From contig CAVQBA010000006.1 in assembly GCA_963710605.1 (NCBI GenBank), positions 192,001 through 256,000 on the forward strand: DNA of 64,000 nt, given 5' to 3'. A model generated the notes under the pieces. It had not been told where the DNA came from. It made no database searches and saw only the letters and a list, made by a program, of their open reading frames with translations. Both the position numbers and the translations under genes were made by a program. Shown in pieces: positions 11,905-21,819 of the stretch (position 1 is the stretch's first letter; each line of letters opens with the position of its first letter). Source of the DNA: an uncultured cyanobacterium (lineage in GTDB: Bacteria; Cyanobacteriota; Cyanobacteriia; Cyanobacteriales; Cyanobacteriaceae).

Positions 11905-12834
11905 CTAAACTTCGTATGCTATTTCAGCATTATTAGAATTATCTGCTACGATTTTTGATTTGTTTGCTAACCAAATAAATACAGTCAGAGGTAAAATACC
12001 CAATAAAATACCTAAAGCGATAGGAAGATAAAAACCCGCACCCATACTCATAATCATCGCAAAACCAAAGTTACCGATATAAACTAGAGCGGGAATAGTT
12101 AAAGATATTTCATCAAAATTAAGCGGTTTTAAACGCCAGATAAATGTCGCTACAGTCATGAATACAACACCTGTACCAAACCAACCGGCAAAGTTTTGAT
12201 AAGGCATACCAAAAAATGCTCCTGGTTGATCCCATAACCAAAATGGTACAGTAGTTTGACTCATGGCAGGATCTAAAACAAAATCCCATGAGGTTAGTAA
12301 TAATGAACCAAAAACGATCGCACCTAAGTCTTTTAACCAAGGATTGATAGATAGCTGATTTAAACCTACTCGTGCAACCAGATAACTACTCAAACCAAGA
12401 TAAAACCAAGACAAAGGAATAGTAAAAGGTACTAAACCGGCAATCTTGTAACCTAATCCTGAAAGATAATGATATGCACCGAAAGGAAAACCTGTGCTTG
12501 TACCTAATAATTCGCTGGTTAAAGAAATTCCTAAAGCAGGAATCATAAATCCGAAACAATACCAAGCACCTAATTGACGATAAGCATATACTGCGACTGC
12601 CGCCCAACCCAAAATCATATAAACGACACCGCCACCAATCATTGACCAACTAAATGCTGATTGTCCGATTGGCGGTAAACTAGCTATAAATTGCGGATTT
12701 GGTAACACTAACAATAATCCTGCTAAACCAAACACCATCGATATTATATGACCAACTAAAAAATAGCCTTCTGTCGTTAGTATTTTGTCTTTGACTACAG
12801 TCGTTGTTTCTTTAAAATTTCCCTTTAACAACAT
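11905..12834 (-). CDS. cruF: Carotenoid 1'-hydroxylase (myxoxanthophyll pathway)
   Basis: Multi-TM protein with SELLGTSTGFPFG, WDFVLDPAM and MPYQNFAGW. Confidence 0.85.
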   Translation of the reverse strand: MLLKGNFKETTTVVKDKILTTEGYFLVGHIISMVFGLAGLLLVLPNPQFIASLPPIGQSAFSWSMIGGGVVYMILGWAAVAVYAYRQLGAWYCFGFMIPALGISLTSELLGTSTGFPFGAYHYLSGLGYKIAGLVPFTIPLSWFYLGLSSYLVARVGLNQLSINPWLKDLGAIVFGSLLLTSWDFVLDPAMSQTTVPFWLWDQPGAFFGMPYQNFAGWFGTGVVFMTVATFIWRLKPLNFDEISLTIPALVYIGNFGFAMIMSMGAGFYLPIALGILLGILPLTVFIWLANKSKIVADNSNNAEIAYEV

Positions 12835-12955
12835 AAAATGATTTCATTGTGTATAAGTAAACGTATGGTTAACATTTTACTGATTTTTTATTAAGTTTTG
12901 TGAATATTTAATCAAATATCAAGATCTAAGCTTGTTTGATAATTAGAAACTTGCT

Positions 12956-13501
12956 TTAAGCAGAACATAATAATAATCGATCGTATTTATTAATGATAGA
13001 CAATAAAATGGGTTTGATCTTAACTTTCTCTACCCAAGATAAGATTAAACAAGGATAAACCGCTTTGCCCCATATATTATGATATAAGCCACAGCTACCA
13101 TTTTGTTTTTGAAAGCTAGGTAAGTAACGTGTAACGATCGTATTTAGATCAAAAATATCCGTTCCCGATTTTGAGTATAAAGGTAAACCAGAGCGAGGAC
13201 AAATAATTTCTACACTAATATTTTGCTCCTGACAAGTAAGATAAAAATCACGACTCAAACTTTCAAACTCTTTTAATAATCGATCTTTTTCTAATTGCTC
13301 TTGTTTTAAATTAGTACCATCTAAAGGTAAATTACATTGGAAAAAAATAAAAACGATCGTCTTTGGTGGTTGTTGATATTCAGGTAGTAATCGATCGTGA
13401 TATTGAATAATATACTCTTCAGATATACTTTTTAACGGTTGAATAGATATTTCTATTTCTTGTTGATTAAAAGTAGTTTGATGTTTTTTCTTTTTGTTCA
13501 A
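12956..13501 (-). CDS. MMADHC/CblD-like cyanobacterial protein
   Basis: EKDRLLKEF, ICPRSGLP and CGLYHNIWGKAVYP resemble the methylmalonic aciduria type D-like family. Confidence 0.65.
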   Translation of the reverse strand: MNKKKKHQTTFNQQEIEISIQPLKSISEEYIIQYHDRLLPEYQQPPKTIVFIFFQCNLPLDGTNLKQEQLEKDRLLKEFESLSRDFYLTCQEQNISVEIICPRSGLPLYSKSGTDIFDLNTIVTRYLPSFQKQNGSCGLYHNIWGKAVYPCLILSWVEKVKIKPILLSIINKYDRLLLCSA

Positions 13502-13636
13502 AATTAAATATTTTTAATCGTATAACAGTAAACGGTGTTCACTTTTGACAAATTCTCAATCGATAAATTTTAGACTTAAAACTGTGATTAAATCCCCCTC
13601 CTTTCAAAGGAGGGGTTAGGGGTGGTTTAGAATCTT

Positions 13637-15515
13637 TCATCTCATTAAATCAATAATCGTCGTCTTATCTAACATTTCTGGAGATAGATTAATATATTCT
13701 TTTTCCTGCTCTTCTTCAGTCACCGCAACAATAACTATTAGCTCCTGCCTTAGTCAAAATTTCTCTAAAATCAAGAGAATTAACTAATTTACTTACTAAA
13801 AATTTTCTAGTATATAGAGACTGTTCATTCTGATAAGAAGTAATAGAATTACCGATACTTACGTTAGCAAAATAAAATCTGTTTTCTTGGTTTATATTAA
13901 CTATTAAACCTAAAATATTTTGTTTTTTAGTGATGCTTATATTAGCAGAAGCAATTATTTTATTAACATCTACCATATAGTTTTTACCGAAATTATCGGG
14001 TTTTTCTTGGGCAACCAAAATCTTCGCTTCTACTTCGTCGCTTTTATTAAAATTGTAGTAATTAACCGTTAAAATACGTGCTTCTTGCTCAGCCTGTTTA
14101 AGATAAAAAAGTTCAGATGCCCCTTTTGGTGCAGGTGCGTTAGTAACATCTCCAGAAAATAAGACTTGTTTATCTGAGGAGCGATAATCGGCATCCCAAC
14201 CAATTTTACCTGATTCTCCAATAACAGATAAATCTAAATCGACTCTCTTAGTTTTTGTATTTGTCCAATGGATACCAACGATCGTATCTTGCTTGGTTAC
14301 AACATAACTACCCGTAGGTATATACCCTGTAAATTGCTTTTCGGTAGCAGGTAGAGCATAATGGACGTTAGCAGGAATATAAATAGTTTTACCTTCAACG
14401 TTTTTTTTCACATCTTCAACGATCGAATTTATAACTGCATTCAATGCTTGTTGGGTTTTATCTTTAACCACAGTCCACCATTCAAAGTCAAATTCCGTCG
14501 CCCAACCTTTTCCATTTCTGACTGTATAGACGATCGAATCACAAGCATTAAGACGATATTTTAAAGCATAAGCCAAACGAATTTTACGAAAAATAGTTGC
14601 TTTACCCAGTTTTTGAGCTAAGGTTTCTAGATTTAAGTTGTCCTGTTTTATCTGACTAGTAATGCTATTAAGATAATCTGGTGGTAAAGGTTTATGTAAC
14701 TTGTTCGCTTTTTTTCTTAACTGATTAAAATATGTTTTGTTACTAGAAATAGACTTCATTGCTAAGAATAAAGGTTTGAAGCGAAAGAAAATTGAGGCTA
14801 AATCATTTGGGGCATCTTGCAATAAAGTATCTAATAATTTACCGTTAGCTTGTTTAATTTTGTCGATTAGGTATTGATTTTTGATTAGTAATGATTCATC
14901 GGTTAATTTACTAATCAAATGACGTAAAAATTCAACTGGCTCTGATGGTACAATATGATAAAAATCGTATAGTAAGGCTTTTAATTCTCGATTACCTATT
15001 TTCTCAACAAAGCCTTTATCGTAATTGTGAGCTTTAATGATACTCATCATATCAGCCAGTGTTTCTGGAGATAAGGCGATACCATCGGCTAATTGAATGA
15101 TATTAGCTAAAATTTCCTCAGCAGTCATCGCTTTGATAATAACTAAAGGAATATCATCAGTAATCTCTGGTAACTCTAAAACTTCTTTGGGGATATAAAC
15201 GGCATCTTCTCGATAAATACCTATACTTTCAAAGCCGTAGGTGGTGATGTAATGAATAATCTGTTGCTTGACCAAAGATTCCATATCGGTATCTTGAATA
15301 ATCTGCCATGATTTGTGGAAAGCAGAATTAGCTTTAATGCCTGAAATACCGACTACACTTTCAATTGCATTTAGTAATTTTGTCTTAGGATTAATTGCTC
15401 GATCGAGAATATAACCCTGAGCGATCGTTCTTGCTAAAATAGATTCAGATATATCTTGATTATTTTTATTCTCAACCTCGATCGCATTAAATAATCTTAA
15501 CGTTGCTGGATTCAT
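13637..15515 (-). CDS. ~600-aa protein with predicted helical N-region and TerD-like C-terminal domain; probable start ATG at 15515; C-terminus frameshifted near 13735
   Basis: VGIHWTN...RVDLDLS...FSGDVTNAP...GASE...VNYYN is TerD-like. The ORF-track extension to 15653 overlaps structured RNA. The shifted frame continues VIVAVTEEEQEKEYINLSPEMLDKTTIIDLMR* to 13637. Confidence 0.75.
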
Positions 15516-15536
15516 TTTTCGTACTTTTAATTTTAA

Positions 15537-15608
15537 AGAGGGCGAGAGATAATTTGTTTTATTGCAAAAAACTGGCTTTCGCCATTCAAGGAATCTCTTT
15601 TGCCCTCT
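15537..15608 (-). ncRNA. Bulged-helix (Y-RNA-like) structured RNA
   Basis: AGAGGGC-AAA-AGAGAT pairs with ATCTCT-C-GCCCTCT, enclosing a TGGC-GAAA-GCCA tetraloop hairpin and a GTTTT/AAAAC hairpin. Confidence 0.65.
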
Positions 15609-15613
15609 CTTGT

Positions 15614-15730
15614 TGGGGAAGGTAGGATTTGAACCTACGTCCAACGAGACCAATAATAAAAGGAACTTTGGAGTGCATAGTAATGCGCAAAGTAAAAAAT
15701 CGTTGCTCTACCAGACTGAGCTACTTCCCC
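15614..15730 (-). ncRNA. tRNA-like RNA with expanded anticodon arm (no readable anticodon)
   Basis: Acceptor GGGGAAG/CTTCCCC-A, D-arm GCTC-AGTCTGGTA-GAGC, T-arm GTAGG-TTCAAAT-CCTAC, stem AACGA/TCGTT enclosing ~52 nt with an internal hairpin. Confidence 0.85.
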
Positions 15731-16092
15731 TTAATTGTTCCCTTTTCAGTTTAGCTTATTCATAAAATAATCAAGTTGAATTTTTATGAAGAATGAAAAG
15801 CGATCGCTTTAATCAACTCTCTCTATCGAAAAATATTTGTTGACTTAAAACCAGTTATTCTCTCTTTTTCTCTTCCTCCTTTCCACCTCTGATTCTGTAT
15901 TTTTCTCTCCTCATCTTTCTTCTCTCTGCGTACTCTGCGTACTCTGCGGTTAATTACCACTGACAATAAATGTCTAACACCACAGATATTTTTTACGATA
16001 CGATGCTTTAAAACTAAATTACCAGATCAATGACAAAATAAAAAGACAAGGCGTACCTTGTCTCTACGTTAGAAAATAAATTGTACCTTTAA

Positions 16093-18912
16093 TTAAACAG
16101 GTTGTGGTTGTGGCTGTGGTTGGAATTGGAATAGAGAATAAACGACATTACGACGAATATCGATCATCATTTCCAAGAACATTTCGTATCCTTCTTGTTT
16201 GTACTCAACTAAAGGATCTTTTTGTCCATAACCACGTAAACCAACCGATTCTCTTAAACCATCCATTGATTGTAAATGTTCACGCCATAGGTTATCAATT
16301 TGTTGCAGAATAAAGAATCTTTCTGCTTGTCGCATCAAACCCGGTTGCATTTGTTCAACTTGATTTTCTTTCAAGTCATAGGCTTTATGTACTTCTTCAT
16401 GGAGAAAAGTTTTCATTTCGGTAACTGTCATATCCGCCATATCTTCAATGGTGACATCTTCTAATAGATAGATAAATTCTTTAGCTTTAGCGACTAACGC
16501 TTCTACATTCCATTCATCAGGTGGTAAATCGGGGTTAACATAGGCATCAACTATCTCATCCATTGTACGAGTAGCGTAGTCTAAAACTTGCTCTCTTAAG
16601 TCTCTTCCTTCTAATACTCGACGACGCTCAGCATAAATAGCTCGACGTTGGTTGTTCATTACCTCGTCATATTCAAAGACTTGTTTACGGGCGTCATAAT
16701 AAAAGGTTTCAACTTTTTTCTGTGCACCTTCTAAAGAGCGAGTGAGCATACCCGATTCGATCGGCATATCTTCTTCTACTCTAAAAGCATTCATTAAACC
16801 TGCAACTCGATCGCCACCGAAAATACGTAGTAAATTATCTTCTAAGCTCAAAAAGAAGCGTGTAGAACCAGGATCTCCTTGTCTTCCTGCTCTTCCTCGT
16901 AATTGGTTATCAATACGGCGAGATTCGTGTCTTTCTGTCCCGATTACGTGCAAACCACCGTTATCGATTACCAAATCATGTTCACCATCGGTAACGCCTT
17001 CGTATTCAGCCAAAATTGCTTGATATACTTCTCGTAGTTTTTGAATTACAGAATCGTTTGTGGGTGCTTTTTCAGCGGCGATCGCAATTTTTTCTTCTGC
17101 GTCTAATTCAGATAAACTTTGTCTGCCATAATTTTGGACTGCAACGGCAACAGATTCTTTGAGTTTATTTTCGGTTTCAGGAGAAAGTTGGCAAGGAAAA
17201 AGATCAGATGTCGGTTTCCAGTTTTTGAGTTTTTTACCATTTTCGGCATTACCATCACCATTAAAACCTTGTCCTTTGGTGTGTTTTTTTAACATCGATG
17301 TAGCCATTAATTGATCTTCTTCAGGGATGACAATCTGAGGCATGAGATATTCTCTGATTTTTAATCTTGCCATATAGTCAGAGTTACCACCAAGGATGAT
17401 ATCTGTACCACGCCCTGCCATGTTGGTTGCGATCGTTACTGCTCCTTTTCTTCCCGCTTGAGCAACAATTTCGGATTCTCTTTCGACGTTTTCTGGACGA
17501 GCATTCAGAATGTTATGAGGTATTTTTTTCTCGACTAATAATTTAGATATTACCTCTGATTTCTCAACACTTGTAGTACCAACTAAGACAGGTCTGTTTG
17601 TTTCGTGCATTTCGGCACATTCTTCGGCTACTGCTTTCCATTTAGCAATTTCGTTTTTATAAACAACATCGGGTAAATCAGCTCGATCGGAAGGACGGTT
17701 AGTAGGTATGATGGTAACTTCAAGGCTATAAACTTTTTCAAATTCAGTTTCTTCAGTTTTAGCTGTACCTGTCATACCTGAAAGTTTGTTATATAACAAG
17801 AAGAAATTTTGATAAGTAATACTAGCTAGAGTTTGAGTTTCTTTTTGAATATCAACACCTTCTTTAGCTTCCATAGCTTGGTGCAAACCATCACTCCATC
17901 TTCTACCAGATAAAACCCTACCTGTATATTCATCGACAATGACAACTTCGTTATTACGAACAATATAGTTAACATCAGCGACGAATAATTCTTTGGCTTT
18001 AATAGCATTAAAAATATAATGAGCCCAAGGATTTTCTTGATCGTATAAATCAGTTACGCCTAATAATTCTTCAGCTTTAGCAAAACCTTCTTCAGTAAGA
18101 ATGACACTACGAGCTTTTTCATCAACTTCATAGTCATTACCATCATTTTCTTCTTTTTGTCTGACAAGCATGGAAGCAACTTCTTTGGCTTTAAGATATT
18201 TTTCCTGAGGGCGTTCAATTTGCCCTGAGATAATTAAAGGAGTACGAGCTTCATCAACTAAAATAGAGTCAACCTCATCAATGATGCAATAATTAGGTGG
18301 ACGTTGGACAACTTCATTAATGTCAGTTGACATATTATCTCGTAGATAATCAAAACCCAATTCACTGTTAGTAGCGTAGGTAATATCAGCGTTATAATTT
18401 TTTTGTCTTTCGGTGGCTGTCATCCCACCTTGAATTAAACCAACTTCTAAACCTAAAAAGCGATGTACTTGCCCCATCCACTCTGCGTCTCTTCGGGCTA
18501 GATAATCGTTGACTGTGACGACATGGACTCCTTTACCTGTTAAACCGTTAAGATAAGCGGGTAAAGTAGCAACGAGGGTTTTACCTTCCCCTGTTTTCAT
18601 CTCAGCAATTTGTCCTGAATTTAAGACAATTCCGCCTAACATTTGTACGTCATAATGACGCATTCCTAATACTCTAATTCCTGCTTCTCGCACCAAAGCA
18701 AAGGCTTCGGGAAGAATTTCTTCTAATATTTCTTCTTGCTCTTCGGTGGTATCTACTTTAGCTAACATTTGTTGGAATTCTGCGGTTTTCGATCGCATTT
18801 GGTCGTCTGTTAGCTGTTTGATATCTTCTTCTAAAAGATTAATCTCGGCGATTGAGGGTTGTAATTTTTTGAGTTTACGAGTGTTTGGATCACCAAATAA
18901 CTTTTTAAACAT
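16093..18912 (-). CDS. secA: Preprotein translocase ATPase SecA
   Basis: [50 protein letters not shown]. Confidence 0.99.
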   Translation of the reverse strand: MFKKLFGDPNTRKLKKLQPSIAEINLLEEDIKQLTDDQMRSKTAEFQQMLAKVDTTEEQEEILEEILPEAFALVREAGIRVLGMRHYDVQMLGGIVLNSGQIAEMKTGEGKTLVATLPAYLNGLTGKGVHVVTVNDYLARRDAEWMGQVHRFLGLEVGLIQGGMTATERQKNYNADITYATNSELGFDYLRDNMSTDINEVVQRPPNYCIIDEVDSILVDEARTPLIISGQIERPQEKYLKAKEVASMLVRQKEENDGNDYEVDEKARSVILTEEGFAKAEELLGVTDLYDQENPWAHYIFNAIKAKELFVADVNYIVRNNEVVIVDEYTGRVLSGRRWSDGLHQAMEAKEGVDIQKETQTLASITYQNFFLLYNKLSGMTGTAKTEETEFEKVYSLEVTIIPTNRPSDRADLPDVVYKNEIAKWKAVAEECAEMHETNRPVLVGTTSVEKSEVISKLLVEKKIPHNILNARPENVERESEIVAQAGRKGAVTIATNMAGRGTDIILGGNSDYMARLKIREYLMPQIVIPEEDQLMATSMLKKHTKGQGFNGDGNAENGKKLKNWKPTSDLFPCQLSPETENKLKESVAVAVQNYGRQSLSELDAEEKIAIAAEKAPTNDSVIQKLREVYQAILAEYEGVTDGEHDLVIDNGGLHVIGTERHESRRIDNQLRGRAGRQGDPGSTRFFLSLEDNLLRIFGGDRVAGLMNAFRVEEDMPIESGMLTRSLEGAQKKVETFYYDARKQVFEYDEVMNNQRRAIYAERRRVLEGRDLREQVLDYATRTMDEIVDAYVNPDLPPDEWNVEALVAKAKEFIYLLEDVTIEDMADMTVTEMKTFLHEEVHKAYDLKENQVEQMQPGLMRQAERFFILQQIDNLWREHLQSMDGLRESVGLRGYGQKDPLVEYKQEGYEMFLEMMIDIRRNVVYSLFQFQPQPQPQPV

Positions 18913-19082
18913 ATTTAATTTTATATAATATCTTTCCTATATATTAATAATCATAAGGGATAATTGATAGTTGACTGTTACGGCAATTAATAATTGCTAA
19001 TAATCTGTTTTACTTAACTAGTTTATTACTTATAATGGAGTTTAACTATTAGCTGTATAATCACCCTATCCAATTACTCATT

Positions 19083-19487
19083 GTGCCTCTGCGAAAAACT
19101 AACCCTATCGACCTTAAAAATGAATATCCTTGCCCTTGTCGTCGTCAAGGTAAACTGTGTAATATTATTTTAACCGAAGCAATGGGTTGCCAATTATGTC
19201 AAACTATTTTTGTTTTGTCTGCTACAGGAGAATCTTTAGAGCAATTAAATGCTCATTATCCTTATAAGAAAGAGTGGCGTTGGACGGGTAAAAAATGGAT
19301 TAGTAACCATAAACGTTGGTATGAAAACTATTTTGTTCTTTCTACTATTTGCTTATTTTTTTCGGTTTTGATTTCTAGTCCTTTATTGATTACTTTTAAA
19401 GGAGGAATTCATTTAATCTCTGTTATTATGGTAGGGCTAATAATTATATTACTAGCCGCATCTTTATGGTTTGCTTATCGCCGTTAA
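19083..19487 (+). CDS. Hypothetical membrane protein with N-terminal Cys motifs
   Basis: YPCPCRR...CQLCQ followed by two hydrophobic helices; just upstream of proA-like gene. Confidence 0.7.
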   Translation: MPLRKTNPIDLKNEYPCPCRRQGKLCNIILTEAMGCQLCQTIFVLSATGESLEQLNAHYPYKKEWRWTGKKWISNHKRWYENYFVLSTICLFFSVLISSPLLITFKGGIHLISVIMVGLIIILLAASLWFAYRR

Positions 19488-19497
19488 TTAAATAATA

Positions 19498-20763
19498 ATG
19501 AATGATCATAACCCCCCACCGATTTCTGTAATTGCACAACAAGCACAAACTGCTTTTTTAGAGCTAAATTCGATTAAGGGGATAGAAAGTTCGGAGGCTG
19601 TCGCACAAATGGCGAGTAAGTTGAATGAATGTATGGATGATATTCTTCAGGCTAATACTTTAGATTTAGAAATTAGCCGAGAAATGGCTGTACCTGATCT
19701 GATTTTGGAGTGGTTGAAACTTACTCCCCAAAGGTTAAGGGCAACTGTTGAGATTCTTGAAGCCCTCGCCGAATTACCTGATCCTTTTCAGAAGGTAATT
19801 AATTCGCCTTATCAGGTTACTTATTGTCAAAATTATTCTCAATTGATGCCTTTAGGTACTGTTGCTTTTATTTACGAAGCGTTACCTGAGTTAGCGATCG
19901 TTGCCGCTGGTTTAGCGATTAAAACGGGTAATACGATCATTCTTAAAGGTAGTAGCGAAGCGAGTAATACCAATACAATTATTGCTCAGGCTTTACAAGT
20001 GGCTTTAGAAGAGGTTAATTTTCCTGATAATTGTTTACAGTTTTTGCCTCCTGAGCAAGGATATTCGATCGAAGATTTGGTAACTCAAGATGAATGTATT
20101 AGTTTAATTATTCCTTATGGTAGAACCAGTTTAGTCAAACAAGTAACTCAATTTGCTACCGCACCAGTACTCAAATCAGCTATTGGTAATTGTTATTTAT
20201 ATTGGTCATTATCTAGTGATTTAGATTTAGTCAGACACATAATTTTAGATAGTTATACCACCATACCAGAACCTGTAAATGCGATCGAAAAAGTATTAAT
20301 TAGTACCCAACAAAAACCTAATTCTTTGATCAGATTATTTAATTATTTACGAGAACAAGAATTTACACTCATGGGGGATGAAAGTTTGATGAATGAATTC
20401 GGCGAATATTTAACTTTTATTCCTGCTGATTCTCCTAAATGGGGTGAACCTTTTTTAAATAAAACGATCGCTTTTCGTTTAGTTGATGATCTCGATGAAG
20501 CTATTACCCTGATTAATAAGTATAGTAGTGGTCACGCTAATTGTTTAATTACCGACTCCTATCAAGAAGGTAGAATCTTTGGCATGGAAACTGATAGTGC
20601 TTTAATTTATATCAATTCATCTCCTCGTTTTTACCGTTATTTACCCGGTAGTAATTCTGTATTTTTAGGTATTTCTAATCAAAAAGGTCATCGCCGTGGC
20701 TTAATCAGTTTAGAAACTTTTACTACTCTCAAACAAATTGTTGTCGGAGACGGCGAGGTGTGA
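19498..20763 (+). CDS. Gamma-glutamyl phosphate reductase-like protein (ProA paralog)
   Basis: PLGTVAFIYE, IKTGNTIILKGSSEA, SSGHAN; expected catalytic Cys position reads PVNAIEK. Confidence 0.85.
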   Translation: MNDHNPPPISVIAQQAQTAFLELNSIKGIESSEAVAQMASKLNECMDDILQANTLDLEISREMAVPDLILEWLKLTPQRLRATVEILEALAELPDPFQKVINSPYQVTYCQNYSQLMPLGTVAFIYEALPELAIVAAGLAIKTGNTIILKGSSEASNTNTIIAQALQVALEEVNFPDNCLQFLPPEQGYSIEDLVTQDECISLIIPYGRTSLVKQVTQFATAPVLKSAIGNCYLYWSLSSDLDLVRHIILDSYTTIPEPVNAIEKVLISTQQKPNSLIRLFNYLREQEFTLMGDESLMNEFGEYLTFIPADSPKWGEPFLNKTIAFRLVDDLDEAITLINKYSSGHANCLITDSYQEGRIFGMETDSALIYINSSPRFYRYLPGSNSVFLGISNQKGHRRGLISLETFTTLKQIVVGDGEV

Positions 20764-20802
20764 GTTAAGAGTTAAGAGTTAAGAGTTAAGAGTTAAGAGT
20801 TA
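20763..20802. repeat. Heptamer tandem repeat (GAGTTAA)n; similar short tandem arrays at ~2120, 23578, 34786, 45903, 49007, 59700 and 63578
   Basis: Directly visible 7-mer arrays, mostly right after stop codons. Confidence 0.9.
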
Positions 20803-20880
20803 GTTGATAATTTTTATTTCCTATTTCTTAATTCCCTATTTCTCGATTCTCACCGAAGACGTGCGAAGCAGGGATTCATC

Positions 20881-21159
20881 TCAATTATTACCACGAGCGT
20901 CTTTTTCTACTTGCTCGATAATTTCGTCTGTTTTTTTATTATTGTATTTGTTGTTTTCTAATACATCTTCATCAAAAGAGCCGACTAAAGCATTATTTAT
21001 TTTAGTCCTAGTTTGATAACTCCAGCTATTAAGAGGATAAGGTAAAAACTTATCTCCATAAGCGATCGCAACGATTAAAAATACAGGTAAAAGCTGGAAT
21101 AAGCGAACGAAAATACTTCTTATTAAGCTACCTGAACCATTTAGCAATTTGATTTTCAT
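20881..21159 (-). CDS. Small hypothetical membrane protein
   Basis: Single TM segment followed by YGDKFLPYPL. Confidence 0.65.
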   Translation of the reverse strand: MKIKLLNGSGSLIRSIFVRLFQLLPVFLIVAIAYGDKFLPYPLNSWSYQTRTKINNALVGSFDEDVLENNKYNNKKTDEIIEQVEKDARGNN

Positions 21160-21265
21160 AGTAATTGTTTGCTCAAATTAAATACTATTGTTGATCTTGT
21201 TCTTAATCTAGCAAAAATTAAAATCATATAATAGAAATGTTAATGTTTAATTACAAAATTTAATT

Positions 21266-21610
21266 ATGACTCAATTTTTAATTACTTTGTTGGTTACGGC
21301 TGTATCAATGTTGATAACTTCATATTTGATACCGGGTATTGTTGTCAGTAATATTGTCGCCGCTGTGATTGCGGCATTTATTTTTGGTATAGTTAATGCG
21401 ATCGTCAAACCACTTTTAATTCTATTAACTTTACCTGTAACGATCGTAACTTTGGGTTTATTTTTATTTGTCGTCAATGGAATTTGTTTTGCTTTAGCGG
21501 CGGCTTTTACCCCCGGATTCGCTGTTAGCGGTTTTCTCAGTGCTTTAATCGGTGCTGTGGTTGTTTCTATTATTTCTAGTGTTATTAGTAGCCAAATCGA
21601 TTCTAAATAA
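21266..21610 (+). CDS. Phage-holin-like 4-TM membrane protein (YvlD/DUF360 type)
   Basis: GIVNAIVKPLLILLTLPVTIVTLGLFLFVVNG signature. Confidence 0.88.
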   Translation: MTQFLITLLVTAVSMLITSYLIPGIVVSNIVAAVIAAFIFGIVNAIVKPLLILLTLPVTIVTLGLFLFVVNGICFALAAAFTPGFAVSGFLSALIGAVVVSIISSVISSQIDSK

Positions 21611-21819
21611 TTTCTATTTCAATAATTAATTTTAAAAAATCAACTCAAAATTTCTCACTCATGAGCAACATGAATTATTAAGATAACTCGATCGTAAATG
21701 ATAAATAGACTTCTAGTCAAAAAGGTTTAATAATAGTTTTGGGTTGAATACTATTCAACCCTGACAATTGTCTTTTCTTCATTCTTTATTCTCGCACTCT
21801 TTCAATCCTCAATTCTTTC

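Noticed and set aside
15516-15653. 46-aa N-terminal extension of the 645-aa ORF
   Set aside because: Overlaps the T-arm/acceptor stem and the second structured RNA and starts at a non-ATG codon; ATG at 15515 is more plausible
15614-15730. Ordinary tRNA, intron-containing tRNA, or tmRNA
   Set aside because: No 7-nt anticodon loop; insert too short for a group I/II intron; has a full D-stem and no tag ORF, unlike tmRNA
21266-21610. Prophage inferred from holin-family gene
   Set aside because: This 4-TM family is a common chromosomal gene; no phage genes nearby
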